Position numbers and translations under genes: made by a program. DNA of 64,000 bases from Azolla caroliniana (Eukaryota > Plantae > Polypodiophyta), in NCBI GenBank assembly GCA_043228905.1, contig JBHGNT010000013.1:1736001-1800000 (forward strand), given 5' to 3'. This document shows positions 53,141-64,000 of this stretch, piece after piece. Numbering within the stretch: the first letter of the stretch is position 1; every line of letters starts with the position of its first letter. Under the pieces are notes generated by a model. That model ran no database searches, was not told the DNA's origin, and saw only the letters and a program-made list of their open reading frames with translations.

Positions 53141-54225
53141 TCTTCTTCTAACTGACTAAGGACATCAAATTTGTTTGCTAGATCTGGGATATTAGTACTA
53201 TTAGGACTATCAGATATCCCTACTGAAATAGGCTCGGATTTAGTACAATTAGAACTAGCGACTATTTGGTTTACCTGTCTTCTTGGCCTATGGGGGCAAT
53301 TTATTACGATATGTCCTGGTCCACCGCAGTAAAGACATAGTCGATTTGTACGGCGTCGCTGCTTTTCTTCTTCGGATAATGGCCCTCGACGACGTGTAGT
53401 GTCAATCTCCATCGGAGTCGGAGTATTCGTTGGAGGCGCATTATATGACTCCCTCGGAAAAGGTCTTGCTACCACTGAGGCGTAGGTGGGCTCTGATCTT
53501 GCCCTTGGCATCTGTAGCTGTCGTTCCGAACGTCGCTCAAAGAGGCGGTTGTCACATCTCACCGCGCGACTGATTGCTTCTGTTAGGGACTTTGGCTCTT
53601 CGGGGAAGGTCAAGAGTAAATCCTTGACGTCGTTGCGTAAACCATAACGGAATTGCTCCATCAACGCTTGATCATCCCAAGGGATATCGGCGGCGAGTAG
53701 GCGAAAATCTGCAGCGTATGCGGAGGCTGGACGGTCACCTTGGCATAATCGCCGGATTTTGTTGATTGCGGTCCTGATGCTGTCAGTATCTCCGAAACAT
53801 GCTTTAAACTCACCTAGAAACTCTTCAAAATTGTTGAGTAACGGAGATTCCTTTTCTAATAGTGGAGCGAACCATGACAACGCTGAGCCACTTAACAAAG
53901 TGCCTACTAAACCCACTCGTGATGCATCGGTGGGATATCGGGAAGGATGCATTTGAATAACTAATCGTACCTGGTTAAGGAACCCTCTAAACTGCGATCG
54001 CGTTCCGTCGAATTTTGTGGGAAGGCCAATCTTAGGTTCTTTATGAATCCCTTGTGTTCCGGGCCCGTGTTGTTGCATCGCTACGATGGTGGCTTCGAGT
54101 TGTTGCACGCGTAACGCAAGTTCCCCATGCTGTTGTTGCGTTTGCTGCTTTTCTAAGGAGATTTGCTGAAGATCCCCCAGCAACCGTTGGTTTTCTTGTT
54201 CCAAAGCATGGAACTTCTCCTTCAA
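53128..54225 (-). CDS. gag: Gag (retrotransposon gag domain, CCHC knuckle)
   Basis: PTKFDGTR, PMEID, CLYCGGPGHIVINC. Confidence 0.95.
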   Translation of the reverse strand: MKEKFHALEQENQRLLGDLQQISLEKQQTQQQHGELALRVQQLEATIVAMQQHGPGTQGIHKEPKIGLPTKFDGTRSQFRGFLNQVRLVIQMHPSRYPTDASRVGLVGTLLSGSALSWFAPLLEKESPLLNNFEEFLGEFKACFGDTDSIRTAINKIRRLCQGDRPASAYAADFRLLAADIPWDDQALMEQFRYGLRNDVKDLLLTFPEEPKSLTEAISRAVRCDNRLFERRSERQLQMPRARSEPTYASVVARPFPRESYNAPPTNTPTPMEIDTTRRRGPLSEEEKQRRRTNRLCLYCGGPGHIVINCPHRPRRQVNQIVASSNCTKSEPISVGISDSPNSTNIPDLANKFDVLSQLEEELND

Positions 54226-54458
54226 GCATTGAAATTCCGAGAAAACAGATTGATATTCTTCAATGCGCTAACAGTGGCCATGGGATGAAAGAAAAGAGGA
54301 ATAAAAGATTAGTAGGAAATGAGAGAGACAGAAGGTAGGGAAAATTGGTTCAAACTGTCATGAACAGTACTGAGACAGAGAAGGAATCAGTACTAAACGA
54401 AGGAGTAGTACTACGAGAGGTGTGAACTTCTTCGAGAGAAGGGAGAAGTGAGTGAGAC

Positions 54459-54492
<34 letters not shown>

Positions 54493-54838
54493 TGAGTGAT
54501 GATAAGAAAGATATTTATTATATGAAGAGAATATACAACGGCGGCTAAAAGGCTTAAGACTGGCGTTGAACCAATTTGGTTCAACATAATGCCTAGTGCC
54601 CTCTTTTATAGTGTTTTCAGGAGTAATCCTGAAGCTTCTAGAATGTTCCAGAGAAATCTGGAATATACACTAATTTCCTATAATAAAATGTAAATGAAAA
54701 TAATATCCTACGTATTACAATAGATGGTCTAATGGTCAAGAGCTCGACCCATATAACCTAAGGTCATGGGTTCGAGTCTTGCCATATCATGACACCTGCC
54801 TCGTTTCTCCACGCACGTGCGTAGTAACGCGACATCTT

Positions 54839-54855
54839 TGGTGAACCCGACGTGA
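54839..54855 (+). promoter_or_regulatory. PBS complementary to tRNA-Trp 3' end
   Basis: TGGTGAACCCGACGTGA, 4 nt after the LTR end. Confidence 0.85.
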
Positions 54856-57004
54856 AACAGGCGGTAGAGGAGCAGAAGATGAGGGGGTCGGATCTTGCAG
54901 AGGCCATGGCTTCGGCCGTGGACCGGATAGTGAGCGCACGCGAGGGCACCGGCGCCCTTGACAGGGCTATTGAGGCGATCGTCGGTATGATCGGCCAGTT
55001 CAGTGGAAAGGATGCCACGAGTTATTTGGCATCCTATCGGGCGGAGATGTTGATGGGGGATATTCCGGAAGAGAGGCGTCTTGCCGGATTCCCTCGAGTG
55101 GCGATGCCAGGCATCCATGCGGATGTACTCGAGGTCCGGGCGGAGAGCCGGACCTGGGAAGAGTTCGAAGGACGGCTCCTGGAGAAATAGGGCTGGATGA
55201 CGCGCTTCGACTTTCGAAGTGGAGCTTCATGGAGTGGGTGGAGTCCCCCAACAAAGGAAGAAATGCGTCGGTACTCCTCCGGGAGTTTGAGGAACGCTTT
55301 GCGCGCCTTTCGGCGCTCGATCGGACTGTTCTGGACACAAGTCGTGTCCTACTGTTTGTCAAATTGGTTGACGCACGGGATCGGGGGCAAGTTGGCTCCT
55401 TACTGGAAACCGAAGACGGGCTGACGACCGACTGGGCCGCGGTAAAGAGAGTCTACGGCCGTTTTGACAAACGGTGGGAGTGAGCTGATACAGAGGCGAC
55501 CGGGGCGGGACCTGTCGCAGCAAGGAAGCTCGAACCGATACCGCAGGCACGAAGGGAAGAGACCCGGGAGTGGCTCGAAACCGGTTCGCCTTCGACCGGC
55601 GTGATCAGAGGCTCGTCCGGGGGAACAGCTCTGGAGGAGTTGACACGAGCGGTAAAGGATCTCCAGATCACCCAGGCTCAGAGGGAAGGCGGCGATCAGG
55701 CTCGTGACCGACGGCCTCCGGCAGGAAGTAGGTGCATGTGGTGCGATGAGGTCGGCCACATCCGGAAAGACTGCGGGGACTTTATGGAGGTTTTGAGAAG
55801 CCGGGTAGTGTACCTGTGGGAAGGTCGGGTGCACGCCAGCGATACCCGGAGGGCCCTGAACCGAAACGACGGGAGAGGAGGAATGAAAAGGCTGATGGAA
55901 GAGGCGGCAGCCCGGCACGTGGAGACCGTCCACTACTCAGCATCAGCCGGTATTCGGGTCGGGGGCAGCGGGGCCCGGAAGGAGAGCAAAGCCGACTTCT
56001 GGCCGACGGTGCTGGAAGGCCTCGCCGGTGCCACACTAAAGAGAGACGAGGCGGACCGCGCGGAGAAGCGGGTCTAGGAGGTAACCGGATGGAGTGACCC
56101 GGTCGAAGAAAAGACGGGTTTCGTCGAAGCAGCTTGCCAGAACTACGAGGCTCTAGTTGAAGACAAATGGGTAGGTAAGAACGGAAGGGTCGGACCCTCA
56201 CAGAGATACAAAACCCGATTCGGGCCGAAACGAATTGAGGCCGGTGAGTCCAGTGCCCGGGATAACCACAAGAAGGGCGGATACCGGTTGGGCACGGAGA
56301 TCGAAAGGACCACGGACCTATGAAAGGTCCTGGAAGAACGAATCCTCGACAGCAAGGTGGAACTGTCGTTGCGAGAGGTGCTCGGGATAGCAGAGAAGGA
56401 GTTCCACGACTCCATCGTGGACTTGGTAAAAAGGAAGAGGTTGTCGACAGAGGCAGAACTGGAAAGGCCGGTGGAAGTGCGGACGGCGCACATAGAGGAC
56501 ATGGTGCTGGAAGACGAGTGGGCGGAGAGCCACTATTCGAGGCCACACTGGGCCCGAGCGACCACGGAAACCCCGGTGAAGATCGGAGATGTTCAGGAAT
56601 CAGTGGTGGCACTGGTGGACCACGGTTCGGAAATAAACCTGATGTCCATGGACTTCTACAAAAAGGGGAAATGGCCGATCAACACTAAGCACGGGTGGAA
56701 GATACGGGCAGCGACGCAAGCCACCGAGGAACTACACGGGGCCTGCCCAAATGTGCGAGTCAAGATCGGCGACGTCGAAATAGACCAGCACTTCTTTGTG
56801 CAGGAAACGTCCTCGCACCCGGTCATTCTAGGGGAACCGTACATTACGGCGGCGCGAATGGAGACCAAGGTGTTGGACAACGGGTCGGCTTACGCGAGGG
56901 TCAAAAGTCAGGACGGGCGTCATTCGGTCCAGTTCCTAACGATGCGACCGAACCGCGAGCGAAACCGCGAGTCCCTCGATGGCGAGAACCGAGAGGAGTT
57001 TTAG
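54852..57004 (+). pseudogene. gag: gag-protease of element B
   Basis: CMWCDEVGHIRKDC knuckle, LVDHGSEIN protease, internal stops. Confidence 0.85.
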
Positions 57005-57279
57005 AGAGGGCTGCCAAGGCGTGGGGCCGCGACAGTCCGGACACTCCGGGAAAACCCCACAAATGTACGATAGAAGCGAAACCGAAGAAACCTTGTACCA
57101 TAAGTAGGAAGTTTTGTTTCTCCGACAACGGAGGGTGTACGATAGTTGGCGTCGTAGGCCGAGAAAAGACAAGGGCGGAAAAGCGACTTCGGGCGTGCGG
57201 AGTTCTCGGGCCCAGCGAGGAAATCAACAGAGCCGTGGAGGTGGTCTCCTTCAACGATACCTTCTGAAGACTGCGAGAG

Positions 57280-60200
57280 GTGGTCGGAGAGGGCCTTAAA
57301 GAGGACCGGACGATACCGGTTTGTTCAAAAGAGATGTATGAAGTCATCACGGACTTCAATCGAGGGCTCGAGTCGGATCGGACGGCCCGGGTTAACACGA
57401 AGTACAAAACTGTGCACCGAAAGGTAAGGCCAGTCGCGGCACCCTTACCGGAGGGCAGCGAGTTACGAATCAAGGGGGTCGCGTCGGACCCCAGTTTACG
57501 AGATCCGGCCTGCATAGGGCATGCCTTCACCGACAGAACGCTACGGGAGCTCAAGGTAGGTGGGGGCGGGTTCCTACTGCCGACGGAAGAAGACCGGTTT
57601 CGGAGAATGCTCAGAAGGCACGGGAAAGCCTTTGCATTCTCGCCGGGAGAGATCGGGTGCGTAGACCTGGCAGTCGTGAAGCCGATGGTGATATTCACGG
57701 TACCACATGTGCCGTGGAATCTCAAACCAATTTCGGTACCGAGAGCTCACATCCCGGAGCTGATGGAGCTATTAAGGCAGAAAGTTGATATGGGCATCCT
57801 CGAACCATCGAGTGCCCCGTACTCGAACCGGTGGTTTACCGTACCAAAGAAGAACGGGGCGTTGTGCTTCATTCAAGACCTGCAACCGGTCAATAGAATG
57901 ACCATTCGGAACGCGGGAATCGGACCAACGATAGACAAGTTCGCGGAGGCCTTCGCCGGAAGGTCGATCTACTCGGTCGGTGATCTGTACTCGGGATACG
58001 ATCAGTTCCAACTAGCCGTGGAAAGCAGAGACATTACGACGATGCGGACTCCTCTCGGCCTAGTGCGGATGTGTACCCTGCCACAGGGAGGGACGAACTC
58101 AGTGGCCCACATGGTGAATGCGATGAACAAGGTGTTGAGGGATTGTATCCCGGACATCACCATGCCATTCTTGGATGACATCCCAATCAAGGGATGTCCG
58201 GTGGAGGAAAAGGACGAAAGGATCGGACCGGATGGATGCCGGAAATTCGTGGCGACACACATTGATGACTGCGAGAGGGTGCTGCAGAGGCTAGAGGACG
58301 CGAGGCTCACCTTCTCCGAGGAAAAATCGGCCTTCGGGCAATCAGAGATCATGGTCGTCGGACATCTATGCGGACCGTATGGCCGGAAACCGTCTCTAGC
58401 AAAGGTGGAAGCCATCTCCGCAATGAAGCCCGACTGTAACTCAGTCACGGAGGTACGGAGGTTCTTGGGAGCATGCGCGTTCTACCACATATGGATCCCA
58501 CATTACGCCCACGTTGCCGAGCCGCTGTACGGGTTGCTAAAAAAGGGGCGAAAATTCAAGTGGCGAGACGAGCATACGGAGACGGTGCGAAAGATGAAGG
58601 AGGCTCTTGCTGCGGCTCCGGCACTCCAGAAGGTTGTCTACGAGAAAGGCACTCCCGTCTACATAACGGTAGATACGAGTCCGACCGGGATCGGATGGGT
58701 CGTCAACCAAGAAGACGAGGACGGCGTCCGGTTCCCAATCCAGTTCGGCGCGAAGGTCCTCAGCGAGGATACGCCCAAGTTAAACGCGAACTCTGGGGTA
58801 TCGTTTCGGCGGTAAAGGCCGATAAAGACTATCTAATTGGGACAGAGGTGATTATCGAGACGGACTGCCTGCCGATTCTCGGCATGGTTTCTGGATGCGC
58901 AACCCCGGACCTGGCGATGCTCAGGTGGATAGCGTACATCAAGTCCCTGGATCCGGAAATACAACACATTTCCGGGAAAGACAATGCCATGGCCGACATG
59001 CTTTCGAGGGCGTGATTCAACGACGAGGGCGGCATGGTTTCGGAGGACGAGGAAGTCATCGTAGACTTCTTCGAGGCGGCTTACGTAACAACCGAAGGGG
59101 GGAGCACTCCGGCGCTTAACGATTTCAACGAGAGCAAGTACGAAGGGGAGTGGTTGCAGATTGGGGGATTCTTAAGGACAATGATGCCGGACGCATCGTG
59201 GACAAGGGACAAGGCCAACCGGATCCGGAAGAAAGTGTACCGGTTCTTTCTCTGGGGCGGATACTTGTGGAAGCACCCGAAGAAGAGGAACAACATCCCG
59301 CTCCGAGTAGTGGTGACGAAGGAGGAACATGAGGAATTGCTGAAGGCCTACCACGACAGCCCCTGGGCTGGGCACCGTGGGACGTGGGCCACGTTCGAGA
59401 AGCTGAAGGGAAAGTACTGGTGGCCGGGACTGTACCAGGACGTGCATCGGTTCGTGACAACTTGTGAGAGCTATCAAGTGCACTCCATAGTCCGACATCG
59501 GGACGAGCTTCACCCCACATACCCTCCGGCCATCCACTTCAAATGGATGGTAGATTTGGTGACGATGTCGATGGGCGTAGGACAGATGCGATATCTAGTG
59601 CTGGCCCGGGAGGACCTGACGAACCAGGTGGAAGGCCGAGCCCTGCAGAACAAAACGACCGCGGTCGTGTGTCGGTTCCTGATCGAGGACGTGATATGCC
59701 GGTATGGGTGCGTCGGAAAGATCGTGCCTGACCGCGGGGAGTTGGACGCCGAAGAGGCCGAGGAGCTGTTCAACCGGTTGGGGGTCAAGCTCTCACTCAC
59801 CACAGCGTACAATCCGGAGGCAAACGGGAAGGTAGAGCGTGGGCACGGGCCAATCGTCAAAGCGCTAGTCCGGGCATGCGGAGACCAGGTCGGAAACTGG
59901 CCACGACTGTTACCTTACGCCTTGTGGGCGGACCGGACAACGCACAGTTTGGTAACCGGGTTCATGCCGTCAGAGCTCATGTTCGGACAGAAGCCGATCA
60001 TGCCGATGGAGCGGATGATCTCCTCTTGGGCGACAGTAGACTGGAGTAACAAAATGAGTCGGGAAGAACTACTAGCGGCGCGTATACGGCAGCTCGAGCG
60101 GAGGCCAGAGGACGTGGAACGAGCGGCGGAGAAACTTCGGGCGGCAAGGATGAAGAACAAAGCCCAGTTCGACCGAACGCACCGGCTCCGACCAAAGAAA

Positions 60201-60572
60201 ATTGAGGAAGGCGACAGGGTGCTAGTCTACGACAGCAGCCTCGACAACAAGCACCGAGCAACACGGAAGTTCGCTAAGCGGTGGTTCAGGCCTTACATGG
60301 TAACGAGCGCCAACGACAACGGGACGTATCACCTGGCGGAACTCGACGGTACAAGGATGGCAATGCCGGTAGCAGGGAAGCGGGTGAAAGAGTTCAAGAA
60401 ACGCCACGACGACGAACCGGATCTAAGAGGCCTGGACAGCGAAGACGAGCAGTCCGAAACGGAGGGCGAACCGATGGACGAAGAAACGGAACCCAGACCG
60501 GTTTTCTCCAACCAGAAACCAATTTTGGCGCATACCGGTGGATGCGCGGTTAGGTGGGGGCGGATGTCGTGA
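57280..60572 (+). pseudogene. pol: pol of element B (RT-RNaseH-IN), frameshift near 58767 and stop near 59013
   Basis: PFLDDIPIKG, VDTSP, HDSPWAGH..C integrase zinc region, AYNPEANGKVER. Confidence 0.9.
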
Positions 60573-62243
60573 AGAAAACCGTCCCCTGGCGCAATCGGTG
60601 AATAGCGCACATGAACCGGCCCTTCACGTGTGCGCGCTCTTAGTGTATATAATATAGAGAATTAGGTACAGAGAGAGATCCGGGGTAGTTAGATTCGGTA
60701 GGTAGGAAGTAAATGAGGGAGACGGCTCCCTTCTTGACGCTATAAAGGAGAGGGAGACGCAAGGAGAAGGGGGCGCGCATTGAGGAGGACGAAGTGTTGT
60801 CGGACCGGAACCGAACGCTTCTCCTCTATCTGTTCTCTGTTGCTCTTCTCTGCAAGTCTCAGGAGGCTCACGCTGCTTCGAGGAACGCCCGTGTGCTTCC
60901 GGCAGCACCTCCATCCTATCCCCATTTCGTGCGCAGACAAACAGGCATCGACATTTGTTCGCCGGCCTGTTCGGTTGTAGCCGCTCGCGCGTTCTGTTGT
61001 GTACTTGTTATTCGTTAATATACAAACACTTGTCTCTCCCTGTCTTTGTGTCCATTCGCGTCTTCTGTGCTGACGGGCCATGCCCCTGTGTTTCTTTGCT
61101 CATACGTGACTGGGCGTCTCTCTCCTTCTCTTTCCCCTTCTATCACCTGCTCTTCGGTTCAAGACCCCGGTGGTCCCGCCTCGTTTCTCCACGCACGCGC
61201 GTAGTAACGCGACAACGGGGCATTTTAGACTATTTATAATTATGTCTTCCGAAACGATTTTGATTTTTGATTTTGATTTTGGTTTCGGCCTCGGCCAAGA
61301 TACTCACCAACACAGTACTTCTCTTCCCATCCGGAGGGACATGTTTCCCAACAGTTGCTCGGAGGAAATCATTTACAAACAATTTGGCCAATGATGCCTA
61401 CATAGTACAAGGTTCGGTCGACCGACCGAACATTCGAGGAAGAAGTTCTTCCCGACCTCCGAACAATGCGTGAAGCCGGAGCAAGTCTCGGGACAACCGA
61501 ACCTGCAACTACTGCAAGAAACCCGGACATATGAAGACTGATTTCCACGCACTCAAAGCCAAGAATGATAAAGCTCATTGAACTGATTAGAAGAGTGGTT
61601 GGCATGAGGAGGTTAACTACATCAGCTCTTCAGTCGAAGTATTGATGAATGATCCCAACATCTTGTTCATAGAATACTCAAGCAAATCAAAAGTTCTGCT
61701 TACGAGTAAGGAATCGATCAGATGACTCCTGGATTCGGGTGCATCCTACCACGTGATCCCTCATCCATCCAATCTTGACAATATCCAACTCGGCATTCCG
61801 ATTTAGTTCAAGTCGAAAATTCGCAACATTGTGCCATAATTGGAATCGGCACTGTAGACCTCAACCTTCCAAGAGGCTCTACATTGGTACTACACAATGT
61901 CTGACATGTACCTGAGCTCTTACGACTGTTGATCTTAGTCGGAAAACTTGACAAAGACGGCATTCGTGGCGGCCTTTCATTAGGAGGGTGGACACTCCAT
62001 AGGGGGAACCTCTTGCTTACTCACAGTCCGAAAGTACATTCACTGTACTCGTTATATGTCACACTCAAAGAGGGTGACTTGTTTATGGTCGATATTCTCG
62101 TGTCATCACTATGGCGTGGAAAACTCGGACACCTCAACAAGGCTGGCATCACGCATTTATCCAAAGTCGGATACATCCCCAACTCTCATTCTCATAGTGA
62201 TTTAAGATATGGGTATGCACTGTGTACATGATTCAAGAGGATG

Positions 62244-62271
62244 CACACACACACACACACACACACACACA
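62244..62271. repeat. (CA)n microsatellite
   Basis: ~14 CA units. Confidence 0.9.
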
Positions 62272-62451
62272 GATTATCTTGCATTAACTTTCGAACTCAT
62301 CCTTTTTTACCAAAAACATATTCTTCATTAGTATAAATTGTACCTACATGACAAAATGATTAGACTAACAACATTATAAAGGTCATAGCCGTGATAGATC
62401 AATAAAAACTACAAAGACTCACAGTATAAAACTACAAAGAACGGTGAACAC

Positions 62452-62805
62452 CTACAAGAATCTTCTTTCTATCTCATGTAACCATTGGCTTAAGCACTGA
62501 ACTGTAATGAGAACATTGCAAGAGACTATCTTTCGAATTGGAAACATATCAAACAGTTCATGTACTTTCTCTAAGACTCCACACTTAGCACATAGATCAA
62601 GCCATGCATTGCCAACAACATGGTTTCTCTTCAGCTTGCCCATCTCCTGGTTGCTCTTCAGTCTGCCCATCTCCTCAATCTTTACATGCATTTCTCTATC
62701 CTTTTCTATTGGTCCAATGCTAGCAGCAACTTTTATAGTACCTACAAATGTGACAAAAGCTTCAACCTGGTTTCGAATTGGAACCATATCCTGTAATGAG
62801 AACAT
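62452..62805 (-). pseudogene. PLS-class pentatricopeptide repeat protein fragment
   Basis: FVTFVGTIK..GPIEKDREMH..VVGNAWLDLCAKCGVLEKVHELFDMFPIRKIVSCNVLI resembles L/S/P motifs. Confidence 0.7.
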
Positions 62806-64000
62806 TGTAGGAGACTATCTTCATCTCCAGAAATTCATTGAAGTTGCATCTTCTTGACTTGATCAGCGTGTCCTCACCTTGCTCCTCTTTTTGCTTTTTC
62901 AAGTGAGCCAACATGTGAACTATTCATCTGGGATGATCCCTTAACATTGCCTATGCTCTAAACCTTCCAACTTTCATGAAGACCAGTCGTGCTATTAATG
63001 GCTAACATGACATGACACCACATCATGAACTGAGATCTTATTGACTACATCTCTGACTTGATCTATCCTACCACCTTTTGGATACATATCCATTAAATAA
63101 AAAGCATTTCTTTCCACTACCCTATTCCCAAGGTAAGTAACCCACTTATATAGTTAGGTTAACTATGTGTTCACACAAGAGATACAAGGTGGGCGTAGTG
63201 GGATTTTTATCCCAACAAACTCCCTCGTAAAAGGACTACTCTGTCTGCATACAATGATATGGTTATCTCCCTCGTAAGCTTAAATTACAACTTGAATTTA
63301 AACTATAATGTATGTTACAAGCCATTAGGAGGGACAAAATCCTAACACCTTCAACAAGATTTGAGAGGTTGAACTTTGTTGTTGAAAAGATAACACGATT
63401 GCTTCAAGTTGTTGGACATGTTTAGAGAGTTCCTCATGTTGCTATGCCTTTTCAACACTTACTTGTTGCAAGTGTCCAAGATGTTTTTGATTCTCTTGTT
63501 CCAATGTGACAAATTTTGTCATTAGGAGGTCAAGTTGTGATAGAATACACATATACTCTTGTTTACTAATGGTCTCCATTGTGACAAGAAGATTCATCTA
63601 GATACCCGAGGAGAAAAAATGAGTGGATTCCGGTTCAAAATATCATGACCAAAGCTTAGAAAACGATGTTGATTTCGAAGAAAAGAAGATAATAACGAAA
63701 CAAGAATACAATAATAGAACAAGAAGATGAGAATTTACAAGTATTACTTGGAAACCAAGATGACAAGGGTGCTGAAGACTAGGGTTAAATCGGAATGGTT
63801 CAACACTAAGTAGACCTTCCACTTATATAGCATACATAGGATCACGCATGATTGCCACTTGGCATACATATTGTGTGCCACTTGACGGACATGCATGCAT
63901 GCCATTTGGCAATCATCCATTGTGTCCAACCACATAACTCTACATAATAATAATAATAACATAAAAACACATTTGTAAATTAAAATAAGTGGATGTGATG

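Larger units (their letters stand above)
49105..54794 (-). mobile_element. Intact young chromovirus (Tcn1/Tf-like) element E
   Basis: LTRs 54356-54794 and 49105-49551 are nearly identical (one substitution seen plus (GA)n differences). TSD CCTGC, PPT AAAGGGGGGATAG, uninterrupted gag and pol. Confidence 0.97.
48490..61214 (+). mobile_element. Phygy-like non-chromovirus Gypsy element B, full length, few stops/frameshifts
   Basis: 5' LTR 48490-54834 (split by E), 3' LTR 60565-61214, 4-bp TSD ACAG/ACGG, tRNA-Trp PBS, PPT AGGTGGGGGCGGA. Confidence 0.92.
35078..61353 (-). mobile_element. Ty1/Copia element Y (hosts X, D, B and E)
   Basis: 3' LTR 35078-41348 (split by X), 5' LTR 48098-61353 (split by B), PBS 48083-48094, PPT ~41350, TSD GTTGT/GTTGC. 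gag-pol remnants 48081-41380. Confidence 0.88.
33300..62190 (+). mobile_element. Ty1/Copia element Z (outermost of the right-hand nest, 3'-truncated)
   Basis: LTR 33300-33669, degenerate PBS TAGTATCAAAGC. gag 34518-35072 continues in frame at 61354 (ILTEV|ARRKSF). PR/pre-integrase remnants extend to ~62190. Confidence 0.85.

Noticed and set aside
55359-61239. Many antisense/alternate-frame ORFs in element B and in the Copia elements
   Set aside because: Shadow ORFs of GC-rich gag-pol and LTR sequence with no recognisable motifs.
62860-64000. Possible further old retroelement (PBS-like GGTATCTAG on - strand near 63600)
   Set aside because: Too degenerate to assign LTR ends or protein motifs by eye.

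Overview
Eukaryotic, intron-containing, TE-saturated plant DNA with no intact host gene. Tcn1-like chromoviruses, Phygy-like Gypsy, Sola transposons and a PLS-type PPR remnant suggest a non-seed plant, probably a fern. Most of the window is a deeply nested stack of Ty1/Copia and Ty3/Gypsy LTR retrotransposons whose LTRs, PBS, PPT and TSDs can be read directly, including one apparently intact young chromovirus (49105-54794). A complete Sola2-type DNA transposon (9073-18602; 25-bp TIRs, TTAT TSD) carries RING-like and FCP1/NIF-like cargo. The main discovery candidate is at 1-7304. There a probable Sola-like DNA transposon carries, divergent from its transposase, a six-exon spliced gene. It encodes a ParB/Spo0J-like N-terminal domain fused to a prokaryote-type beta-class N6-adenine/N4-cytosine DNA methyltransferase (DIPY...NPYQKP...LDLFSGTGTT; motif I is only rebuilt by splicing). 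Its first intron holds an array of 13 near-perfect 25-bp palindromes. This copy is decayed (stops, frameshifts). All family and domain calls come from manual translation and motif recognition, not from database searches.
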